The notes beneath the pieces are model-generated. The model searched no databases. It was not told the DNA's origin and saw nothing but the letters and a program-made list of their open reading frames with translations. From an uncultured Gammaproteobacteria bacterium (GTDB taxonomy: Bacteria > Pseudomonadota > Gammaproteobacteria > UBA9214): a stretch of 28,795 nucleotides of DNA. Both the position numbers and the translations under genes were made by a program. This document shows, piece after piece, positions 20,458-28,795 of this stretch; positions within the stretch are counted from its first letter, which is position 1; each line of letters begins with the position of its first letter. The stretch lies in the NCBI GenBank assembly GCA_963827755.1, contig CAWHCQ010000026.1, forward strand, positions 1-28,795. Reading direction: 5' to 3'.

Positions 20458-23345
20458 ATGAGCGCCGAGAAGGCAGTTATCCTCGTCCCCTGTCACGAAG
20501 ATATTCTTGCGGTCACTGCACGCCGCATCATCGACAACGCGACGACGCTTGCCGGACCTGAGCAACACCGTCGTCCTGCTGCCCGACCTGCAGTTCGCAG
20601 CGCAACTGCGCAAACACCTGCTCGATGCGGCCGCCGTGCCTGGCCATCGCGCCCTGCTCGGCCCGGACATCAGCACCCTTGAACAGTGGCTGGGCAAACA
20701 CACTGCAGTCGACCAGGTCATTCCCGGACGCGCCCACCGGGAGTTGATGCTCGCCGGGGTACTGAAGTCTCACCCGTCGGTTTTCTCCGGCGGCGATCCC
20801 TGGCAAGTCGCCGCCAGCCTGGTGTCCCTGTTTGACGAACTGACCCTGCACCGTGTCCCGGTTCCCGATGACATCGAGGTCTTTACGGCACAACTGGGCT
20901 CCGCCTACGGGGTGACCGACCGGCTGCCGGAACCGCTGGGTATTGAAGCCAATGTCGTCCACCGCCTGTGGCAGGCCTGGCACACGCAGCTGGCGGCTGA
21001 AAACATGCTCGATCCCGGCATGGCCTGCCTGCAACGCCTTGCCGCCGCCCTGCCCGCCAGCGAGTCCTGCCGGATTTATTTCACGGGCTTTGACGCACTG
21101 CATGCCGCAGAAGTCGAATGGATCGCGCGGCTGTTGCCGTCCGGGCAGGCCGAGTGCCTGCTCTACCCGCAGCAATCACCCGGCGCTGTCACCGCCAGCC
21201 AGCCCATGGACAGTCTCCGGCAACAGGCAGCGGCGCCGGCGGATGACGACAGCGCGCGCTTTCTCGATGCCGTGTTCTCGCCCGTGGAAACCCCGCCCGG
21301 CGAACGGGCCGCGGCCTTCAGTGCGCAGGCCTCCCCGCTGGCCGGCCGCCTGGCAGTCCTGGCGGCGCGTTCCCCGGAGCAGGAAGCCCGCGCGATTGAA
21401 TTGCAGGTCCGCCGCTGGTTACTCGATGAACGCCAGCCGATCGCCATCGTCACCGAAGACCGGCGCCTGGCACGACGCGTGCGCGCCCTGCTGGAACGCG
21501 CCTCCATCAGCCTGCAGGACAGCGGCGGCTGGGCACTCTCCACGACCAGTACCGCGGCAGCACTGGAGCGCTGGCTGGAAACCGTTGAGGAAGACTTTGC
21601 CCACCAGCCGCTGCTCGATGTACTCAAATCCCCTTTCATCTTTGCGGACGACGACACTGAACGGCTCCAGCATCTTGTCTACCGGCTGGAACAGGACATC
21701 ATCCGGCATGAAAACATTGCCCGCGGACTGCAACGCTACCGTTACCACATCGAATCGCGCCGGCAGCGCCTGCCCGATTTCTGGCCGAGTGACACGGCCC
21801 GTGAATTGCTCGAGCTGCTGAACCTGCTCGACCAGGCCGCCGACCCCTTGCGCCCGTTCCTGGACGGCTCGCCGGCACAACCGTTGCAGCTACTGGAGGC
21901 CCTGCAAGAGAGCCTGCAACGATTAGGCATGTGGCAGGCCTTCGGTAACGACCAGGCCGGGGAGCGCATTCTCCATGAATGGAACCTGCTGCATGATGCC
22001 GCAAGACACTGCGCTGTCGAAATGAACTGGCTCGAGTTCCGCGCCTGGTTCGGTGCCGCCCTGGAACGCCACGATTTTCGTCCCGGCTGCCGTGAACAGC
22101 CCGGTGTTGCTGATGAACCTGCAACAGGCGCAGCTGGGCAGTTTTGCGGCCATCGTCATCGGTGCCTGTGACCGCGAATACCTGCCGGCCGGCACGGCGG
22201 CCTCACCGTTTTTTAACGACCCGGTTCGCAGCGGCCTGGGCCTGCCCGTCTGGCCGGAACGCCATGCACTGCAGTTCAACCGCTTTCGTCGCCTGCTCGA
22301 AAGTGCGCCGGACGTCCTGCTGACCTGGCACAGTGAAGCCAACGGCGAAGCGCGCATGCCCAGCCCGTGGCTCGAGGCCCTGCAAACCTTTCACCGGCTT
22401 GCCTGGAATGACGACCTGGCTGACAACGACCTTGCTGCATTACTGGAAGACCCGGCCAGCCAGGTACAGGGCTCGAACCCGCTGCCTGCACCCTTACCCG
22501 CCGCGTATCCCGCCGCGCACTTGCCCGCGGAGCTGCTGCCGCGGGAACTCTCGGTCAGTGCACACCGTATGCTGATTGACTGCCCCTACCGTTTCTTTGC
22601 CGCCCGCGGCCTCGGGCTGAAGGCACAGGAAGAAGTCAGGGAGGCACTGGAGAAGGCCGAATACGGCAGCCTGGTGCACCAGGCACTGGAACGCTTTCAC
22701 GTCGACTTCACTGTGCCTGTCACCGCAGCCAACAGCATGCAGGCAAAGGCCCGCCTCGAAGAGATTTCGGCAGAGGTGTTTACCCGGACACTGGAAGACA
22801 ACTTCGAACACCGCGCCTGGTTGCGCCGCTGGCAGCTGCTGATCCCTGCTTACATCGACTGGCAAATCGAGCGTCAGCAGGCGTGGGCGTTCCAGACGGC
22901 CGAGCAGGATGCCGAACTCGAACTGGTTAATGGCTACAGGCTCAGGGGCCGGCTCGATCGCATCGACAGCAATGCGAGCGGCACGGCCATTGTTGATTAC
23001 AAAACCGGCGGCATCGCCAAACAGGCCGAGGTCGATGCGGGCGAGGACGTGCAGTTGTCCTCCTACGCCCTGCTGACCGGGCGTCTGCCGGCACGGGTCG
23101 AATACCTGCAGGTCGACCGGGAAATCAAGCCGGCCGCCCGGCTTGCGGGCGAACCCCTCGTTGAACTGGCCGGCGCAGTTAAAGAACGCCTCAACAATGT
23201 ACTGCAAGCCATTGAAAACGGTAGTAGCCTGCCTGCCTGGGGAGATGACAAAACCTGCAAGTATTGCGACATGGACGGGCTCTGCAGAAAACAGGCCTGG
23301 CTCGTTGAAAACGTCGCCGGCCCGGCCAACGGCAAGCCGGCATGA
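20458..23345 (+). CDS. addB: AddB-like helicase-nuclease subunit (PD-(D/E)XK nuclease, Fe-S), frameshifts near 20550 and 22084
   Basis: LSVS...CPYRFFA, LRGRLDRID, IVDYKTG, QL.SY and CKYCDMDGLC (4 Cys in total). Its stop overlaps the addA start. Confidence 0.85.
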
Positions 23346-26300
23346 GCGCCGCTATCGATTCCCTGCAGGCCGCAGACCCCGCCGGCAATGCCAGCGTGCA
23401 CGCCTCGGCGGGCACGGGCAAGACCTGGTTGCTGGTAACACGCATCATTCGCCTGTTGCTCGGGGGTGCAGCGCCGGACAGCATCCTCGCCATTACCTTC
23501 ACGCGCAAGGCCGCCGCCGAAATGCAGGAACGGGTCACGGAGCGCCTGCGCGAGCTGATGGAGGCTGGTCCGCAACAACTGGATGAACGGCTGCTGCAAT
23601 GCGGCATCAAGCCGGATGTCGCCACACGCACGCGCGCCCGGCAGCTTTACGAAGAATCGCTGTTCAATCCCTACACGCTGCGTACCACCACCTTTCATGC
23701 CTTCTGCCAGGAACTGCTGCAACGCTTTCCGCTGGAAGCCGGCGTGGCGCCCGGTTTCGACCTGATCGAGTCCAGCGGCCTGCTCGAGCAGGCCGCCCGG
23801 GATGCACTTGTTGCGGAGACGGCGCGCGATCCCGATGGGGAAATCGCCCGGGCTCTTGCAACACTGGTCGAAGGGTGTGAAGGTCTCGACAGCGCCCGCA
23901 CGGCACTCACCTCCTTCCTCAGCCAGCGCAGCGACTGGTGGGCGTTCATCGAGGACCAGCCGGACGCGCATGCCTTTGCACAGGGCAGGCTCACGAAACT
24001 GCTCGGCATCGGCCCCGGCGAAGATCCGCTGAAAGGTTTTCCGAATAAGCAGTTGCGCTCGCAGCTGCAGGAATTCGCACAGTTGCTCGAAAAAAACACA
24101 ACCAAAAACCAATCGCGCATCATGCCAGCCCTGCTTGACGCGGCACTGAAAGGCACTCGCTGCCACTGACATCTACTGGCACATGCATCACACCTGTCAT
24201 CTTCACCGGAAGACGGGACACCCCGCGTGTACAAGGCCAGGCAAGGCCCAGTGCAAACGACTCGGCGAACAGGCGAGCAGCAATTCCTCGAGCTGCACGA
24301 GACACTGGTCAGCGAGCTGGGTGAAATACGAGACAGGTGTGCACGCTTCAGGACCCTGCAAACCAACCTGGCCTGGTACACGGCGGGCATGCAGTTGCTT
24401 GCATATTACCAGCGCATCAAGCGGGAACAGCGGCTGCTGGATTTTTCCGACCTTGAATGGACGGCCTGCCAGTTGCTGAATCGCAGCGATCACGCCAGCT
24501 GGGTGCAATACAAGCTGGACACGCGCATCGACCACCTGCTGGTCGATGAATTCCAGGACACCAACCCGACGCAATGGCGGCTGTTGCTGCCGCTGCTGGA
24601 AGAACTTGCCGCCGGCAATAATGAGCGCAGCCGCTCGGTCTTCCTGGTCGGTGACCGCAAGCAGTCGATCTACGGGTTTCGCCGCGCCAATCCCGCCCTG
24701 CTGGAAGAGGCCTCCAGCTGGCTGGAGGCCCGCCTGCAGGCAAAGAAATATCCGCTGGATGCGTCACGCCGCTCGGCCCGGGCCATCATCGACTGCGTCA
24801 ACACGGTGTTCGGCGTGGAGCCGCTGAAACAGCGCATCCCTGCCTTCAACCCGCACAGCACACATCTCCCGGCACTGTACGGGCGCGTGGAGATCCTGCC
24901 GCTGGTGACCGCCGGCGAACCTGAATCGACAGAGCCCGCGCAAGACGGACTGCGCAACCCGCTGGAGACACCGCGCCTGGTCGACGCCGACCCGCCGCAT
25001 GCCCGCGAAGGCCGGCTGATTGCCGCACAGATAGGCGCCCTGGTCGGCGCCGGCACGCGGATTGTCGAGAATGATGCGAGCCGCACACTCGACTACGGCG
25101 ATATCATCCTCCTGCTGCGCCGGCGCACCCATGCCGGCAGCTACGAACGGGCACTGCGCGAGGCCGGTATCCCCTATGCCAGCGCCAGCCGCGGTGAACT
25201 GCTCGACAACCTGGAGGTGCGCGACCTCGAGGCGCTGTTGAAGCTGCTGATTTCACCCTATGCCAACCTGGCGCTGGCCCAGGTGCTGCGCTCGCCGCTG
25301 TTTGGACTCAGCAGCGAACAGTTGTGTCCGCTCGCACGTCCCGATGACGGCACCTGGTACGAACGCCTCGGCAAACTCGCCCGGGAAGGACAACCGGTCT
25401 ACAGGCAGGTCCATGACGTCCTGGAAGGCTGGCGTGCGCTTACCGGCAAGATCCCGGTCCACGACCTGCTCGACCGCATCTACCATGAAGCGGACGTCAT
25501 GCAGCGTTACCAGGCGGCCTTCCCCGTGGAACTGCGTGCCCGCGTCCAGGCCAGCCTGACCCGTTTTATCGAACTGGCACTTGAACTGGACAACGGCCGT
25601 TATCCCAGCCTGCCGCACTTTCTCGACCAGCTGACGCGCCTGCGCCAGTCGGCGCGCGACCAGCCGGATGAAGGCACGCCGAATGACAGCGATGGCAAGC
25701 GGGTACGCCTGCTCACCATCCATGGCGCCAAGGGCCTGGAGGCGGCAGTGATTTTTCTTGCCGACTGCGCCGCCACGCCACCCAACCGCAGCGCCAACGA
25801 GGCCCTGGTCATCTGGCCACCCGGCAAGGCCTCACCGGATCAATTCCTGCTGACTGGCAAGAAGGCCCTGCAGGACCCGGTCAGCCAGGCGTTGCTGGAA
25901 AACCGGCAACAGGATGCACTGCGCGAGGATGCCAACCTGCTCTATGTCGCGATGACACGTGCGCGCCAGTACCTGTTCATCTCCGGCAGCGCGGGCAAAC
26001 AATCGAATAACGCCAGCTGGTACACCATGATTGGTGCCGCCGTATCCGGCTGGAACACGAACAGCGCCGGCCACCTGTTCCACGAAAGCGGCACGCCGCC
26101 TGCCGCGCGGCAGGCCGCAGCTGCCGGCGGGCCGCCCGTTGCACCCGATCCCCGCCTGTCGAAGAAGATCGCCCCGTTGCAACCGGAACTGGTACAGGTT
26201 TCACCGAGCGACACTCACGGAATCGGCAGCTGGCAGCCCGGGGATGCCGACGGTCGCGAGCGCGGCAAGGCGATTCACGCCATGCTCGAATGGCTGTGCG

Positions 26301-26755
26301 CACAAGAGGCTCGCGTCGAGGCATTGCCGGCACGACTCGCCAACACACTCGGGCGCGCTGCCGACAACCCGGCACTGCAGGAATGGTGGCAGGAGGCGCT
26401 GCGCACCGTCCAGAACCCGGACCTGGCCCGGCTGTTCGACGGCCGCCACTACCGGCAAGCCATGAACGAGGTGCCGGTCCAGTTTATGGATGGGGGCCGC
26501 TTGATATACGGTATTATTGACCGCATCGTGATACAGGAAGACACGGTGCTGGTGATCGATTACAAGACCCACCGGGCAAACGACAGTACGCAGCTGTCCG
26601 CACTGGCAGATGGCTACCGCGAACAGATGCGGCTTTACGCCAGGGCGGCTGCGCTACTCTGGCCGGAACACGCGATCAGGGCCTGCCTGTTGTTTACGCA
26701 CAGCGGCACGCTGGTTCCTGTTGACGATGAAAATTATCATGCATCATCCTGGTAA
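23342..26755 (+). CDS. addA: AddA-like UvrD-family helicase-nuclease, garbled or frameshifted at about 24110-24275
   Basis: ASAGTGKT, AITFTRKAAAEM, LVDEFQDTN, VGDRKQSIYGFR, LTIHGAKGLE, LLYVAMTRAR and C-terminal nuclease GIIDR...VIDYKT. Confidence 0.9.
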
Positions 26756-26760
26756 TGATT

Positions 26761-26780
26761 GCAGGAGCGCCTGCAGGCGC
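26761..26780 (+). repeat. Degenerate REP singlet
   Basis: gcaggagcgcctgcaggcgc has the G(C/T)AGGA head plus a palindrome, just after the addA stop. Confidence 0.45.
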
Positions 26781-26843
26781 ACCAACAGGTTATTGCGATC
26801 CGGATGAGCGGGAATCAACCGAAAATAAACAATGGCCGTAACC

Positions 26844-26971
26844 ATGAACGATCAAAAAAACATCACGGATGTCAGCGATGAAACCTTCAATGCAGCGGTG
26901 GTCGAGCGCTCGCACACGCAACCGGTGCTGGTCGACCTTCCGGGCGCCGCCTGTTCAATGCACTGCACTGA
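26844..26971 (+). pseudogene. Internally deleted remnant of a thioredoxin-TPR chaperedoxin (CnoX/YbbN-like)
   Basis: The N-terminus DVSDETFNAAVVERSHTQPVLVD stops just before the WCxxC site. It is joined to a CnoX-like C-terminus, RRLFNALH*. Confidence 0.7.
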
Positions 26972-26995
26972 TCGCGGCGCCGGCGCTGCAGCAGG

Positions 26996-27733
26996 TCAGG
27001 ATTTTCCGTCGAGCACCTTGGCCAGCTTCGCAGCGGGCACATAACCGGGGAACAACTCACCGTCATCGAGCACGATTGCCGGCGTGCCTTTTATACCGAG
27101 CACACTACCCAGCTCCATGTGCGCCTGTATCGGGTTGTCGCATTGCGCCCTGGGCAGCGTCTTGCCGGCCTTGGAATCGGTCAGCGCAACATTGCGGTCT
27201 TTCTCGCACCAGACCGAGACAGCCTTGTAGTAGGAAGGTGTGTTCATGCCGCTGCGCGGAAACATCAGGTAACGCACGGTAATTCCGTTGGCGTTGAACT
27301 GATCGATTTCCTTGTGTAATTTGCGGCAGTAACCACAATCGATATCGGTAAACACGGTAATCGTGTGGCGGGGCTTGCCGGCCGGGAAAATAATCATGTT
27401 GTCTTCGCCCATCTCATTGACTGCCTTCAGGCGGATGGAATTGCGGCGCGTTTCACTGATGTCTGTGCGCGTCTCGATTTCGACCAGGCTGCCCTGGAAA
27501 AGATACTTGCCGTCATTGGTCACATAAAACAGTTGCGGACCTACCAGTACTTCCGAAATGCCCGCAATCGGTGACGGTGTAACTTCGTCGATCCTGAAAT
27601 CAGGCGCAATGCTCTTGAATGATTTCTCGATGACGGCACGGTTGCTATCCCCGGCCACTGCAAAGCCGGCAATGACCATGGTCATGAGTGACAGGCAAAG
27701 CTTGATGAGTCGTTTTGGCATAATAAATTCCAT
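26996..27733 (-). CDS. dsbC: Protein disulfide isomerase DsbC
   Basis: Signal peptide, FTDIDCGYCRKLH and GTPA. xerD-dsbC synteny. Confidence 0.95.
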   Translation of the reverse strand: MEFIMPKRLIKLCLSLMTMVIAGFAVAGDSNRAVIEKSFKSIAPDFRIDEVTPSPIAGISEVLVGPQLFYVTNDGKYLFQGSLVEIETRTDISETRRNSIRLKAVNEMGEDNMIIFPAGKPRHTITVFTDIDCGYCRKLHKEIDQFNANGITVRYLMFPRSGMNTPSYYKAVSVWCEKDRNVALTDSKAGKTLPRAQCDNPIQAHMELGSVLGIKGTPAIVLDDGELFPGYVPAAKLAKVLDGKS

Positions 27734-27823
27734 AGTGTTTATGTGATTGTCAGGTGTAGGACAGCCTGTCCCGGGGAGAAGTTCACGTTATCCGCGCCGG
27801 ACACCTGGATGAAAAGGAGACAC

Positions 27824-28768
27824 CTAACCGCGAGGATGGTGTTGCGCATGCAAATCCTTCAGCCGCTCACGCGCCACGTGAGTATATATCTGTGTCGTTG
27901 ACAGGTCACTATGACCCAGCAACATTTGTACAACTCTCAGATCGGCACCATGATTCAGCAAGTGCGTTGCAAAGGCATGCCGCAGGGTATGCGGCGATAG
28001 CGGCTTGCTGACACCTGATGTCAGGGCATAGTGGCGCAGACGATACCAGAATGCCTGCCGCGTCATGCCCTTGCCGCGGCGCGATAAAAACAGGTGCCGG
28101 GCACTGCCTTCACCGGCAAGCACGGCACGGCTTTCATCAAGATAACGCTGCAGCCAGTCAATCGCCTCCTCGCCCAGCGGAACGAGGCGCTCCTTGTTGC
28201 CCTTGCCGATAAGGCGTACCACTCCCTGCTGCAGGTTGACCTGCTCGGTCGCCAGGCCAACCAGTTCGGAGACCCGCAGGCCACACGCGTATAACAGCTC
28301 CAGCATGGCACGGTCGCGCAGGCCGATGGCGTCGGTGTCATTCGGGGAATCGAGCAGGACTTCAACTTCATGCTCACTGAGGGTATCCGGTAATGGCCGG
28401 CCGATACGCGGTGTATCGATACGCACACTGGGATCGGTTTTCAGGCGGCCCTCGCGCACCAGGTAGCGGTAGAAGCGCCGCATCGATGACAGCAGGCGCG
28501 CCGTTGTCCTCGGTTTGGCGCCCTCGCCGACACGTTCGGAGAGATAGGCCAGCAAATCGCCGCGACCGGCATCGAGCAGCCCCGTGGGAATTCCTGTCAG
28601 CCAGGCCGCCAGGCCGGACAGGTCATTGCGGTACGCCGCCAGGGTGTTTTCACTGAGGCCGCGCTCCATCCACAAGTTGTCGACAAATCTTTCGATTTCC
28701 TGCAGCGCATCAGCCGGTACAAGCTCTGCACGTGAGCCTGGCCTGTCTGCCTTTGCATTGCCTGCCAC
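27824..28768 (-). CDS. xerD: Site-specific tyrosine recombinase XerD
   Basis: ERGLSENTLAAYRNDL, LYACGLRVSEL, SPHTLRHAFATHLLNHGADLRVVQMLLGHSDLSTTQIYTHV and HHPRG. Confidence 0.97.
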   Translation of the reverse strand: MAGNAKADRPGSRAELVPADALQEIERFVDNLWMERGLSENTLAAYRNDLSGLAAWLTGIPTGLLDAGRGDLLAYLSERVGEGAKPRTTARLLSSMRRFYRYLVREGRLKTDPSVRIDTPRIGRPLPDTLSEHEVEVLLDSPNDTDAIGLRDRAMLELLYACGLRVSELVGLATEQVNLQQGVVRLIGKGNKERLVPLGEEAIDWLQRYLDESRAVLAGEGSARHLFLSRRGKGMTRQAFWYRLRHYALTSGVSKPLSPHTLRHAFATHLLNHGADLRVVQMLLGHSDLSTTQIYTHVARERLKDLHAQHHPRG

Positions 28769-28795
28769 AACAGTTATCTCAGCCAGATGATTGTC

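Noticed and set aside
12507-26755. Programmed frameshifting or true pseudogenisation of pncC, MFP, mutS, addB and addA
   Set aside because: No slippery heptamers at the junctions and no accumulated in-frame stops. The garbled patch at about 24110-24275 points to sequence error.
26832-27044. Intact thioredoxin trxA after addA
   Set aside because: There is no WCGPC motif, and similarity ends at PVLVD.
27824-28768. Second mobile-element integrase
   Set aside because: Its sequence and the xerD-dsbC context identify the housekeeping XerD.

Overview
GC-rich gammaproteobacterial chromosome segment. Left end (1-2847): right arm of an integrative element at the 3' end of tRNA-Arg(ACG), carrying a Rep-like gene with internal 15-bp iterons, a small HTH gene, an Xis-like gene and a tyrosine integrase. 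Next is an uncharacterised P-loop NTPase plus metA operon between tRNA-Arg and a tRNA-Ser(GCT) locus. The tRNA-Ser locus has two 177-bp RtT-like tandem units and a garbled tRNA gene. The rest is mostly conserved housekeeping: csrA-lysC-alaS-recX-recA-thpR-pncC, an RND pump pair, mutS-fdxA, addB/addA-like genes, an internally deleted cnoX/ybbN remnant, dsbC and xerD. GTAG-type REPs lie in several intergenic regions. Many core genes carry +1 frameshifts and two patches are garbled, so the assembly looks error-prone and pseudogene calls are provisional. The best leads are the tRNA-Ser-linked repeat unit (split T-loop plus an antisense copy of the tRNA T-arm), the NTPase-MetA cassette with att-like relic flanks, and the CnoX mini-remnant. 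All calls come from reading the sequence and recalled family motifs; no database searches were run.
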